Source: Octopus sinensis
Lineage: Eukaryota
Assembly: GCF_006345805.1 (NCBI RefSeq)
Contig: NW_021834418.1
Location: forward strand, 11,624 to 75,623
Length of the DNA: 64,000 nt
Direction: 5' to 3'
Numbering within the stretch: the stretch's first letter is position 1; the number at the start of each line of letters is the position of its first letter. The position numbers were made by a program, and so were the translations under genes. Shown one piece after another: positions 11,573 to 24,900 of the stretch. The notes beneath the pieces were generated by a model. That model made no database searches and was not told the DNA's origin. It saw only the letters and a list, made by a program, of their open reading frames with translations.

Positions 11573-13949
11573 GACGAGAATGCAAATGCAAAGTACTTCT
11601 AAGCTTCAGCAACACACGTTTACAATAAATAAACATACATATTACAATTCGTTCACACGCGACTAAACATGACTTCTTTTAAGGGTCAAACTGTAATGAA
11701 TGTTTCCGTTATTTCATATATAATTTTGCTTAATATCTTTTTTACTTGATTTATTCTTACCATTTCTAGGTGTGGCTGGTGGACAATGGTACGGCTACAC
11801 AGGTGGCGGAAGTAATCTCTTGTGTCTACCCAACGATCCCATTTGGGCCAATTATACGACAGAAGTTGAAATAGGTGGTTACATTTATGGCAGTGAATAT
11901 CAACTGGAAACATACCTAACTAATAAACTCTTTTCTTTTGCTAACGCTGAATCAATTCATCAACACAACGTTCCGTGCGCTGTCTGTTTGACACGACAAC
12001 CTGCTGTTGTTATGATGTTACCAGCCAGGACAAAGTGTTACCCTGGCTGGACAGCTGAGTATTCAGGATATTTGATGGCTGAGCATTATAAGGATAATGG
12101 CAGACTTGAATATGTGTGTGTGACTATGCACCAGAAGCTGATCCAGCAGGTTACAGAAACGAAAATGGAGCTACTTATATTTCGTTCAGGCTGCTTGTGG
12201 TTCATTGCCATGTCCACCGTATGTCAATGGTCAAGAATTATCCTGCGTTGTGTGCAGTAAATATTGAATAGAAATTTACGTTCATTTCTATATGAAAATT
12301 TATGTCGGCGAATCATAAATAATATTATAATAAAGCAACATATACGTTTCTTGTAATTGTGTTTCGCAGTATTCTAATCCAAGTAATATATGTCGTTAAA
12401 TAAATTGCGGCTACAAGTTTTCAGAAAATATTCAAAACGAAACAACAGAGACGTCATAGAATGTGACAAATAGCTTAACAGAACGATGTAATCCTCGGGG
12501 AATGATTCTAGAATACATTGTATGAGGTTCAGTTTATCAAATTTAAAAGTTGAAATAAAATGATGATTCGTTTAAATGTTTTTGTATTCCGTCTTAAAAT
12601 GAAAACAATCCCCAAATGAAACACCTCCGTACAAATATATCACCCTTTCATGATCAATCTTCAGAAAACACGATAAAAGCTTATAACTAACATCACTAAA
12701 TCATGATGGTTTAATAAAAAAATACTCCCATACGTATCAATGTAACTACAATCGATGCGATGACAGCACTGCAATCCAATCGCGGATATTACCTAATAAA
12801 GGATATTTGATATCCACTGAAGGAATACCACAAAATGTTGACTACCTAACTACTAGTCAGGTTACTAACACATTGAAGTTTTCACGAAACACTTTCGACA
12901 AGGGTACAAGTACACGTCCCACGATGAACTACTTTCAACCTACATTCAAATATTCCCGCTTTTCTACAAAAATCACACACACACAGCCTCGCGTCACATT
13001 ACACACGCAGCCTCTCATCGTTTCCTGAAAACTGATGTGCCAAAATAAAATATGAAACCACCAAGAAATATGAGTAGACTTCAGGAACAGAATCAACCGA
13101 ATCTACAGCAACACCACAAAACATCAAGTTCAACAAATTATCTCCGTCTGTAACATAAAACTATCAAACTCGCAGAAGAGGAACTTGCTTCGAGATACAT
13201 GCATACAATAACTGTAACACACATAAACGACTTAGTAAGGAAAGGAACACCACTTATAAAATATACATTAGGTGGAATCAGTGCAACATGTTGAGTGTTT
13301 CACACTATACCCAGCATGATTGCTCCTTGTATGTGGGAGTTTGTAGAATGGCTGCCAGATAAACGAAGGTATCCGTGGAAAGAGGGATCTGTGGGTGGCA
13401 GCACGTGTTTTCTCCGATTAATTGCGTGCCATAAGAATGCTCGATTGTGAAAAAGCTAGAGAAAAAGAATAATAATTAAGTAATATGAAAGCACGAAATG
13501 CAAATTGACAAATGAATATATGGAAACATTCAACATGGCGTTTCCAGTGAACAGTATTAGCGCTCAGTATTAGGCATAAGCAATTTTTAGGTTCGTTAAA
13601 ATGTGCTAATGGCATATTTCAAACTCTAAAGGCAAATTCAGTGCAGAAAGCGGCAAAAACAGCATATCAGTCCAGTGCTGCTCCCTATCGGGTTCCAGTT
13701 CAGTCGTTATCAAAAGAAAATACCGAAGAGGGGAATATCTGGACAAACTTAAAGCCATAGCTTTAACTTAAACATAGTCAACAACAACGAGTAAGTGACG
13801 CCATTAGAGCGCCAGGCTGGAGTCTGTCGTGAGTTACCTCCCTTCGTTATTTCTCTTTGATAAATTCTTCGCTAGAGGAGTTGACTTCAACCTTGTGCCC
13901 CAACAGTAACTGCGGTCGCTCGTACGTGCCCGCATTTTCCCCGCATATT

Positions 13950-13960
13950 TGTGTGTATGA

Positions 13961-13999
<39 letters not shown>

Positions 14000-14375
14000 T
14001 GTCAGTGAGTGTGTGTGTGTCGGTGTGTGTGTGTCACTCTGTGTGTGTCAGTGTGTGTGTGTGTGTGTCAGCGTGTGTGTCAGTGTGTGTGTGTGTGTGT
14101 GTGTGTCAGTGTGAGTGGCAGTATGTGTGTGTCAGTGTCAGTGTGTGTGTGTATGTGTGTGTGTGTCAGTGTGTGTGAGTTTGTGTGTCAATGTTTGTGT
14201 GTGTGTGTGTTTATGTCAGTGTTTGTTTGTGTTTGAGTGTCAGTGTGTGTGATTGTATGTGTGTGTCAGTTTGTGTGTATGTCGGTGTGTGTGTGTGTGT
14301 ATGTGTGTCAGTGTCTGTGTGTGTGTGTATGGATTTCAGTGTGTGCGTGTGTATGTGTGTCAGTGTGCGTGTATG

Positions 14376-14410
<35 letters not shown>

Positions 14411-15285
14411 ATGTATGTCAGTGTGTGTGTGTGTCAGTCATTGTGTGTGTGTATGTGTGTGTGTGTGTGACAGTGTGTGTGCGTGTGTATTTGTGTGTGT
14501 GTCAATGTGTGTGTTGTGTGTATGTCAGTGTGTGTGTGTGTGTATGTAAGTGTGTGCGGGTGTATGTGTGTGAGTGTGTGTTTGTGTGTGTGTGTGAGTG
14601 TGAGTCTGCGTGTTGTGTGTGTGTGGTGTGTCAGTGTGAGTGGCAGTATGTGTGTGTCAGTGTCAGTGTGTGTGTGTGTGTGTATGTGTGTGTGTGTGTC
14701 AGTGTGTGTGAGTTTGTGTGTCAATGTTTGTGTGTGTGTGTGTTTATGTCAGTGTTTGTTTGTGTTTGAGTGTCAGTGTGTGTGATTGTATGTGTGTGTC
14801 AGTTTGTGTGTATGTCGGTGTGTGTGTGTGTGTGTATGTGTGTCAGTGTCTGTGTGTGTGTGTATGGATTTCAGTGTGTGCGTGTGTATGTGTGTCAGTG
14901 TGCGTGTATGTGTGTGTGTGTGTGTGTTGTGTGTGTGTGTGTGTGTATGTATGTCAGTGTGTGTGTGTGTCAGTCATTGTGTGTGTGTATGTGTGTGTGT
15001 GTGTGACAGTGTGTGTGCGTGTGTATGTGTGTGTGTGTGTCAGTGTGTGTGTGTGTGTGTATGTAAGTGTGTGCGGGTGTATGTGTGTGAGTGTGTGTTT
15101 GTGTGTGTGTGTGTGTGTGTGAGTGTGTGTTTGTGTGTGTGTGTGTGTGTATGTGTGTCAGTGTGCGTGTATGTGTGTGTGTGTGTGTCTGTGTGTGTGG
15201 TGTGTGTGTTGGCGTTTGTGTCAGTCTGTGCTTGTGTTTGTGTGTGCCAGTGTGTGTGTGTGTGTGTCTTTGTGTCTGTGTATTC
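13950..15285. repeat. Compound (GT)n / GTCA-interrupted satellite upstream of exon 1 (copy C), with an internal ~530-bp duplication
   Basis: Seen directly. The marker gagtggcagtatg occurs at 14113 and 14638. Confidence 0.95.
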
Positions 15286-15524
15286 GTCGGTTGAACGAAA
15301 TACTTCCCACACTGAATATTAAAACAGTTTCCCAAGAATAACAAATAAAATTAAATAACAACATTAGTAAATAAATATATCATAATATATCCAGAAACAG
15401 GAATCATTTCACTTTACACGTGTCTCTCATTCATCAAAATATTTTGCTAATTATTGTGTGACAATATCAAACCATCTCTTTCCAATAATTAAACCTGTCA
15501 GACAAGTTCACACCCGCTTTTACA

Positions 15525-15620
15525 GTTCCACCAATCGCATTGGTTCATAAATTTACGATAAGATCTATGCCAGAGCTGGGTTGTTGTGCGCTCAATAAAT
15601 ACGTGGAATTCAGTTACAGG
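15525..15620 (+). promoter_or_regulatory. Candidate core promoter of the gene: inverted CCAAT pair and TCAGTT initiator-like motif; conserved near 30120 and 41800
   Basis: ccaatcgcattgg at 15531-15543 and tcagtt at 15610, 90 nt before the ATG. Motif inference only. Confidence 0.35.
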
Positions 15621-16282
15621 TCTTCAGCTTAAACCTCGCATCTCGATCTTTTGTTGAAGCCACACGAAGTATCACGTACGACCGACAACTGTCACCAGAA
15701 TGGATTTCGCACAACTGTCCAGGAATATTTCGCAGCGTTATTCCATTTCTTCTCTCATAGCTTTTGGGGTTCTTCTCGTTCTGACGATCGTGATTCTTCA
15801 TCAAGATTCAAGAATACGAAAAATGGAAGAGAAATCGAAAACGGTAAGTCATGGATTTTGTGTTAATATATGTATGTGTTTATGTATTTATATATGCATG
15901 TATGTATGTATGCATTTACGTATGTATGTATACATATGTGGATGTATGTACGTACCGATGGATGGATGAATGTAAGGATGTATGCATGAACCATGTACAT
16001 ATGTTCCTATGAAGCACACACACACACATAAGATCACACACGTAATCACACACGAACACACAGGCGGACACACCTAAACATACATATATATACATATACA
16101 TATATTTGTATATATAATATACATATATATATAAATATACATATATATGAATATATTAGCGCGTGAACGTATATAGATATATATATACAAACAAATATAT
16201 GCGTGTGTGTATCTATCACTGTATCTCTCTGTCTATCTTTCTCTCTATATATATCTATCTATATATATATATATGTATGTGT

Positions 16283-16314
<32 letters not shown>

Positions 16315-16329
16315 TTGTATATTAATATA

Positions 16330-16465
16330 TTCTTTTACCTGTTTCAGTCATTTGACTGCGGCCATGCTACAGCACTGCGTTTAGTAGGACAATTTATTCT
16401 TTGTAAGCCTATTGTTCATTCTATCGGTATCTCTAGCCGAACGGCTATGTAACGGGGACGTAAAC
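16330..16465 (-). mobile_element. Partial antisense SINE (family 1 3' part) in intron 1; paralogs near 30912-31100 and 42583-42770
   Basis: gtttcagtcatttgactgcggccatgct is the reverse complement of the SINE tail. Confidence 0.7.
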
Positions 16466-16478
16466 ACATATATATGTG

Positions 16479-16598
<120 letters not shown>

Positions 16599-17339
16599 TA
16601 TATATGTATATGGATATATATATATATATACATACATATACACACATCCTAAAGAAACACAAAGAAGGGTGGAATTGTACTCCTGTCCGATCGCTCTTTC
16701 ACCAGACATAATCCTGGAGAGGGAAATAAGTGCGTAATGAAAAAAATCTAATGGTGGGGTTCCAGCATGGCCATGCCCTGTCGCTGCAACGTTTAGCCCT
16801 ATTAATATTAGTGTTAAGTATTATATCTAGATGTACACTTACACACACGCACCGAAACAGACACAATACAAACACACACACACGCACAAACATAGGAAAT
16901 ACGTACATATTTACACCACATTATCTATTTCTCTCCATCAGGAACGGAAGTGAGGCGAGTTTTTTTGAATCTTTTCTTTCCAACTGAAAATAAAACGTGC
17001 GAGTGCCAATGTAAGATCGGTGAATTCGTAATGTTTGACTGTAATTCACGGTTGGTTTTATATATGACAATATGTAAGAACGAATGTAAATACATCACCA
17101 CAGACACACGGACAAACAACACGCACAAATAAACACAAAACACACACACTACGCACGCACACAGACACACTGCTCAATTGTACACGAACAATCACACTAT
17201 ACAGTGTATGTCCACTCACATATATGTGTGCGTTTGTGTGTGTGTATGCGTATAAGTAGATACGTATATTTTTGATATTTATGTGTTTATTATGCTTCGT
17301 ATACGTGCATACCTATATATCGATATGTATTTATATATG

Positions 17340-17402
<63 letters not shown>

Positions 17403-17448
17403 ATATAATATATATATATATATATATGTGTGGTGTGTGTGTCTTTGT

Positions 17449-17745
17449 GGAGGCGCAGTGGCCCAGTGGTTGGGCATAGCGGACTCACGGTTGTAGGATC
17501 ACGGTTTCGATTCCCACACTGGGCGTTGTGAGGAGTGTTTATTGAGCGAAGACAACCTACAGCTCCAGGAGCCTCCGGCAGGTTTTGGTGGTAAAACCCG
17601 GCTGTACTCTTTCGCCACAAATTTCTCGCCTTCTTCTGTTGGCCTGCTCGCTTAGCCAGCGGGTGGCGTCATTTAAAGGCTAAATCAAGGTGAAGCGCAT
17701 TGTGACCGCGGTGTGTAGCACAACTGATAGTCTGGTCGGTCACGG
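17449..17745 (+). mobile_element. tRNA-derived SINE (family 2) in intron 1; paralogs near 32336, 43836 and 58079
   Basis: ggaggcgcagtggcccagtggtt...ggtttcgattccc tRNA-like head, present in four copies. Confidence 0.75.
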
Positions 17746-18149
17746 TGATCACGGAGATATATATACATGTGTATGTGTGTGTGTATATATATATGTAGAT
17801 ATATTTGTGTGTATATATGTGTGTGTGTGTGTGTGTGTATGTGTGTATGTGTGTTGTGTATGTGGTGTTTTGTGTGTGTATGTGTGTGTGTGTATGTGTG
17901 TGGTGTGTGTGTGTGTGTTGTGTGTACTGGCAGAATACCCGGCATTGCTGGGATTAAAATGGCAAAGTGGTATATAATGAATTCCAGTCTTTTGAAACAG
18001 GTGATATGGAAAGTGCAACATTGACAACAAAACATTTGTAGAGTAAATGCTGGGCTATTCGACTAAGCAACATGCTATGCGTCCGTTTGGAGTGTTTTCA
18101 GGGCCCTAACCTGTCATGCAAAATTGGAGGTGGGGTTTGTGTGATTTTT

Positions 18150-18530
18150 GAAACGCACCGAATGCTTCAGTGGATATACTCTCCTTTGCGCAGTGTGCGG
18201 TGTGTCTAACACGACCCATCATCGGAAATTTTGACACCTCATGTCAGGGTTGTTGTCCTACATCCTCACTTATAGAGAATTCGGAGGAATTGTGGTTGTT
18301 CATTCGGGTCCGCGGGTACCACCAATGAGGGATAGACTTGCCCATGAACTTTGACTTCGGCGTAAATTCATGTTTTATCTATCTTCTTAGATTCACCAAA
18401 CGTTGTCATTTGAAATGCAGAGTTGTATTGTCTGATATTTGTCCAGAAAAATCGTTTGACTGGACTGAAGCGCCCTTCTTGAAGATTCCTAAGGGGTTGA
18501 ATGGTAGTGTTGGCAATGTTACCTGTCCGA
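18150..18530 (-). mobile_element. Helitron fragment, copy C intron 1
   Basis: Homologous to 34130-34510. Confidence 0.65.
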
Positions 18531-18939
18531 ATCTGTTTGTCATCTATTGCATTGTTTTAAGTTCTAAACGATTATAAATACTCTGAAGTTCTATTTATAT
18601 GATGCTATTTCTATTTTTTCACAGAAACGTTTCATCTCCAAGAAATTCGTCGACGATAAACTGATGACACACCAAGTAAGAACTAATTTTAATGGCTAAA
18701 GTCTTTTACCCGTGTCTCCTTAACTAATGATTTATAATTTCAACCAACTTTGAATTAGTTCTTCATTTTATTATCCATATTTCCACAATAGTTATAACTA
18801 AGACATTTGCTGCATTTATTTTAAAATATATTCTCCTTTACAATAATTTCCTAAATAAATGTTACTCTAATATACTATGCCATTTATTGTGTGTATATGA
18901 GTATATATGCAGTGCTACGCGTCGATAATTGTACCAAGC

Positions 18940-20790
18940 CCTCTTCATAAATACAATTATTTGAACATCCATATAAGTATTTTATGGCAACCAGTATTTA
19001 CCCATTAAACTCACCTTCCTGGTAAACCATCCGCAACATGCCCCAGGGCACGTGATCTTGAGCCTTTCCGTGGTTTACAGCGTATAACACTTGGAATAAT
19101 TCAATGTTTGCTGGAAGATCAGTCTTGAACGAATCTCTGGTCGGGTGTACTCCGTCCAGGACGGTAATCTTGGGCGCGAAAATTTCCCTACATATCTTTC
19201 TGACATCTAGTGTAGACTTTTCTATAATTAGAATACACTCTTTGGTCTCAATTTGAAAGATTATGATTGTCACCCCATATTACCATTGCCTGGTGTTTTT
19301 TTCCAGAGGTCTCATCCACCTAGCATACATGGGTCCACTCAGAGAATACCATCTGTATTAAAGTTTCTAAAATATCAAGCCGAACGTGCTTTTCACCAGC
19401 AGCTTTATCACTTTTAAGTGAGTTTAGCTCAAATAAGCCTTCAAACGAAGAAGAACCTGCCGAAAAACATAATACAATCACGAATCCATTTCGATGTCCA
19501 ACTTCATTCAGGCGGGTCACTCTCAATTTGGATGCAATGCCTCCACATTTTCGTTCTGAGATCGAGCATCCACTGCGGCTTCCCAACAGTATTCTGTAGG
19601 TCGCACTAGACTTACCAATTTCCAGTGTTCTGCAGACTGTAGGAATTTTCAGGTTTTTAGACATTTAGGTAGTGACGAGTTGACAACTCCACCCTTCCTT
19701 TTACCCGAACGTTCAGCAAAGAGTGAAGATGACGAAATCTATCAGAAACCTCTGTCACCAAGTATTTCTAAATCAGGCACCTTATAAATATCCCTGTCTT
19801 CAAATAATATCTATACCATAGAGAGGAGAGTGTGTATCCTGCACAGAAGCCTGCTAGACCTCTCCATTAAGTTCACTGACGACGTTCCTTCCAATCAATC
19901 CTTCTCACGGTTATCAGTGCCAAGGTGTGCACTGAAGTCTCCTTGCAGGACAAATGACTTTACCCCAAATATATCTAAAGCTGAGGTGAATTTGCTTAGG
20001 AAGGATTTGTATTTGAATTCGCATTTTGCTGCATATACGTACAGTACGCTAAGGGCCCGAAGGAATAGCCATACCGCATCATCCATCGAGTGGATAAATC
20101 AGTTCCGTCCGTCGATCTTGATGGGAGAGGAGACGATTCGGAAAATACATTGCAGTCTCCACCCAACTCAATCTGAGATGCATTGGGATGGAACAAATAT
20201 GCGTCTTCAAACCCCGTAGCAGGTTCACAAGGGATCAACCGTTCATAATTGAGAATTAGACTGTCAAAACGGACGATACAAAGCGCACCTGTTTATATAA
20301 TCGGTGGTCTTCTCAAGAAAGCTTCGTTACTTCGGAAACGCACAATTGGAATAGGTTGGAAACTCCACTGGTGCAAGTGTGGTGCCAACTATGTCTGCAC
20401 AGTCGGAAGTGGGATGTTCACATCCTGGTTTCAGATTGGATTATGGAGTAAATCCCACTAGGTATTAAGGGATACTCCTGAGCTCAAGCAGAATGAGGAG
20501 TGGTGTAGCTGCTGGAAGTAAATGCATCCAATAGCGAGGCAAATACAATCATTCTCCTTAACAAAGTCACTGCAGCTTTGGATTTTGGGGTAAAGTCATC
20601 GTCTTACAAGGAGACTTCCGTGGCACACTTTTGCGCTGATAAGCCGCAAGAAGTATTGATTGGTGGAATCGCCTCAACACCATAATTGGGGTGGCCATAC
20701 TAGTCTTCTGAAGGAACGGACTCTCTCTTCGCGCCAACACACCAAGCTGATATTCGTAAAGTGGCCATCAGGTGCCAAGAATGATAATTG
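18940..20790 (-). mobile_element. Ancient RTE-like LINE relic in copy C intron 2, with the segment ~20040-20710 inverted
   Basis: KAQDHVPWGML and SFVLQGDFSAHLGTD motifs. The distal part is the reverse complement of 8145-8826. Confidence 0.75.
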
Positions 20791-20880
20791 CCAACATATC
20801 TATAAAAGAAGAACTTAATCATTTTTATTGCCACAATTATATAAATGTGTACATATATATGTATATCTGTATATATATAC

Positions 20881-20984
20881 ATGAGATCTCCCCTTTTTAG
20901 TAGAAGAAGTAGCTATAACCCTTTGACTGCTATTCTAATTCGGTATGTGGTAAGGCAATTCGTTGCTGAACCCTTAAGTGCTTG

Positions 20985-21039
<55 letters not shown>

Positions 21040-21145
21040 TATACTAAGCAATAAGGGTTCAGCAACGAATGCCTTACCACAACCGAATTAGAAATAGCAG
21101 TCAAAGGGTTTTAGCTATTTCTTCTCCTAAAAAGGAGATCTCATA
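20881..21145. repeat. Foldback: ~105-bp inverted repeat arms around a (TA)n spacer
   Basis: atgagatctcc...gctgaacccttaagtgctt pairs with aagcaataagggttcagc...ggagatctcat. Confidence 0.9.
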
Positions 21146-21171
21146 AAATATATATAATATATATATATATA

Positions 21172-21224
<53 letters not shown>

Positions 21225-21235
21225 TATATATATAT

Positions 21236-21279
<44 letters not shown>

Positions 21280-21297
21280 TATTATTTAATAGATATA

Positions 21298-21700
21298 GGC
21301 GCAGAGTGGCTGTGTGGTAAGTAGCTTGCTAACCAACACACATGGTTTCCGGGTTCAGTCCCACTGCGTGGCACCTTGGGCAAGTGTCTTTTACTATAGC
21401 CCCGGGCCGACCAATGCCTTGTGAGTGGATTTGGTAGACGAAACTGAAAGAAGCCGTCGTATTAATATGTATATATATATATGTATGTGTGTGTGTTTGT
21501 GTGTCTGTGTTTGTCCCCCTAGCATTGCTGACAACCGATGCTGGTGTGTTTACGTCCCCGTCACTTAGCGGTTCGCCAAAAGAGACCGATAGAATAAGTA
21601 CTGGGCTTACAAAGAATAAGTCCCGGGGTCGATTTGCTCGACTAAAGGCGGGTGCTCCAGCATGGCCGCAGTCAAATGACTGAAACAAATAAAAGAGTAA
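21298..21700 (+). mobile_element. tRNA-derived SINE (family 1), copy C intron 2
   Basis: Near-identical to 10766 and 50944. Confidence 0.85.
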
Positions 21701-21823
21701 AAGAAAAAAGAGTAAAGATATATATATATATATATATATTAATCTTTACTCTTTTTTCTTTTACTCTATATATATATATATATACTCACATCTAAATAAA
21801 GGAGTAAAAGAAAAAAAGAGTAA

Positions 21824-21862
<39 letters not shown>

Positions 21863-21884
21863 TTTATTATTCCCTAATATTTAT

Positions 21885-21930
<46 letters not shown>

Positions 21931-24900
21931 TCACATCCCAGTTCAACTACAAAACAAACATCCGTTTTTAAGGGAGCCAAATACACATTCTGATATTCTG
22001 AGATTAATCTCTCAATTCGTTGACATCAACGTCAACAACAGGCTCAATAGACAAACGACTAATTTTCTTCGTTTAAAATTTATTCTTAGCGATCATTTAC
22101 TTCTTTCATTCTGATTTTATTCATTCACTCATTCTTTTTCTCTTAAATTCTAAATTCTCTCCTCTCTATCAATTCTTCCAAGCCAACAACTTCCTTGTAT
22201 AGGATTCAAGAATTCTTTTTTTAAAACTAAATTATTTCATTTTAATTTCACAGAACCCGGTCCCGGATCATTGTATACCCGGTGGGGCAGAACAAGTTGT
22301 CCTCCTTATTCAACATTGTATATGACGGTTAGTATAAACTATACTTCTGTTCACTCTTTCTCATTTTGTCTTTCTCTTCTTCTCTTTTATTCCTCTCATT
22401 TTCTCTTTGTGTCGCCCCCTCTCTTCCCGCTTCTCACACGCACACGCACGCACGCACACGCACGCACGCACACGCACGAACGCACACTGAAGCAAATCAT
22501 GTGATATATCACGTTTGTAACGATACCAATAGACCCTACAGAGACTGCACAAGATTGCTTACTCCTTTTTAGGTATTTGTCAAATCAGAATTTAAAAGTG
22601 GTGTCTAATATGGACCAGGTGTGAAAAGGATGTTGTCTAACCTCAGAATATAGATATCTCTACGTTAAATTATAGATAGGGACTGAGACTGGAATCCAGT
22701 ATAGCGATCAGAACTCCTGGCTGACTTGTATGGAGTGTAGATAACAATACCGAGTCTGCTAACTGGTGATCAAGTGTACTGGCTACGGCTGGTGGTATTG
22801 TACGTGAGTGACCAGAGCTTAAATGTGGCCACTTGACTATCATTAACTAGAGTGTCTATTGATTGTAGTTATAGACTACATTGAACAAGGTCTCTTAGCA
22901 TTGATGAATGAATATGTGTGGTTAATGAATGAACGCAGAATGTAACAATGTGGACTGGACAGACCACACCTGTAACTAATGGACAAAGCTAACTTAGGGT
23001 CGTATGTATTATGCAAAATGTGGAGGGATGAAGTACCACTGAGAGAACCCAAGTGAGTACATATTGCACTTCTATTCTTCTCCACCTCACCAAATCGTCC
23101 TATCCCTCAAACCTATCTCTTTTCATGCAACACCTCGCCTCATTAATTGTCCAGTGTATCTTTGTAAGGTAACACCGCACATCCAATTCAAAGCTACTTC
23201 TTCCCACATCTTCTCCAACCAACCTCATATCCTTTGTGAATCTGCTCTCTATAAACCCTACACATATCCTTTATTGTCGCCTCTCCGCTGTCCATTCTTT
23301 CTTAAGCACTACGACCCATCAATGAGCTTCAAAATTCACCCCACCTCAGTTGATGCTTTGCATAAATAAAATCTCTGTGATCATAATATTATAGTATGTG
23401 GTAGGCACGTCTCGTGGTAGGCCTGACTCGTCCGAGACAAACCGATGGATATAGCCAGCCACACCGTATTGTCGGCTAAACATTATTAATCCCCTCTTAC
23501 CCACCAGTTCTCTGCATCTCGCCATCTCTCGTATTGTTCTACTCAAACCACATGCAATTCCCTTCACCAACAATTTTCCCGTTCAAACGTGAACGACATC
23601 ATTTTCCATTTCGGGAAATCACGACCACATGCGTCACAAAATCCCTTTCCTTTCTCCGTTTATTGACATCCACACACAAACATCTACCCCCATGCAATAC
23701 ACATCACAGCCACAATACTTACCCGTACACATACACAGTGCCACAGAGACACGCATACACACACAGAACCAAACACACACCACACCAAACACACGCAAAA
23801 ACACAAACACACGCACACATACACACATACACACACACACGCACACTACGCACGTACACAAACACACAGGCACACACAAACACACGTAAAACATCACACA
23901 CACACATGTAGAGAAGACAAACGCCAGCTGTGAACTTATACGCACTCTCATACAGCACACACCGCTTACACTAACATAAACCCTAACATATATACACCAC
24001 AATTCGTTCACACGCGCTAAATATGACTCCTTTAAGGGTCAAAACTGTAATGAATGTTTCCGTAATTTTAGATATTATTTTGCTTAATATGATTTTTATT
24101 TTTGATTTATTCTTACTATTTCTAGGTTTGGCTGGTGGAGAATGGTTCGACAACGCAGGTGGCGGAAGTAATCTCTTATGTCTACCCAACGATCCCATTT
24201 GGGGCCAATATACTACAGAACATGAAGGTGGAAGTTGGATTCATGGCACTGAATAGCAACTGGAATACTAACAACTAACAAACCTTTTCCTTTGCTAACG
24301 CTAAATCGCTTCATGATCACAACGTTCCATGCGCTGTCTGTTTGACACAACAACCTGCTGTTGTTATGAATGTACCAGCCAGGACAAAGTGTTACCCTGG
24401 TTGACGATTGAGTATTCAGGATATTTGATGACGCGAGGTTCTGGTATAAGGGCAGACATGAATATGTGTGTGTGGACTATGCACCAGAAGCTGATCCAGC
24501 AGGTTACAAAAACGAAAATGGAGTTCGATTATATTTCGTTCAGGCATCTTGTGGTTCATTGCCATGTCCACCGTATGTCAATGGTCGAGAATTAACCTGC
24601 GTTGTGTGCAGTAAATATTGAATAGAAATTAAATTCGATTCCATATAAAAATATGTCTGTGAATTATAAGAAATGATATGAATGTTTACCTAATATTTTC
24701 ATTCAAGTATGTCTATCGTTAAAAGAAACTGGTATATCAGAAGATATTGAAAACCATACAAAAGATGCTACGTATAAAGCCAGAAATATCCTGAGAAATA
24801 AAATCTAAATCTGTCGAACAATTCTAGAAAACATTTGTAAAGATTTCAGTTTATCAAATTAATGTTAAAATAAAATGCTATTTCGGTTAACATATTTTGT

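Larger units (their letters stand above)
6518..12267 (+). pseudogene. Short-chain collagen C4-like gene copy B: exon 2 6518-6569, exon 3 9292-9365, exon 4 11770-12267; exon 1 mostly deleted
   Basis: AG/GT-bounded exons. YTRWGRTTCP and GGGSNLLCLPNDP...VPCAVC...GYLM motifs. Exon 3 is 1 nt short and exon 4 is 2 nt short relative to copy E. Confidence 0.8.

Noticed and set aside
13418-13615. ORF conserved between 13418-13615 and 39965-40312
   Set aside because: The conservation is explained by recent segmental duplication and no recognisable domain is present.
13857-15344. Long Cys/Val-, His/Thr- and Tyr/Ile-rich ORFs (also 26500-29400, 40887-41591, 55741-57441)
   Set aside because: They are translations of (GT)n, (CA)n, (TATG)n and (TA)n microsatellites, not genes.
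17449-17525. tRNA-like sequences at SINE heads
   Set aside because: No complete cloverleaf, and each is followed by a SINE body, so these are not tRNA genes.
21690-21830. Short inverted and direct copies of aagagtaaaagaaaaaagagtaaagata around TA runs
   Set aside because: Absent in paralog E and typical of assembly noise at (TA)n palindromes.
22876-23573. Intron 3 ORFs, possibly a very old LINE relic
   Set aside because: No diagnostic motif that I can support.
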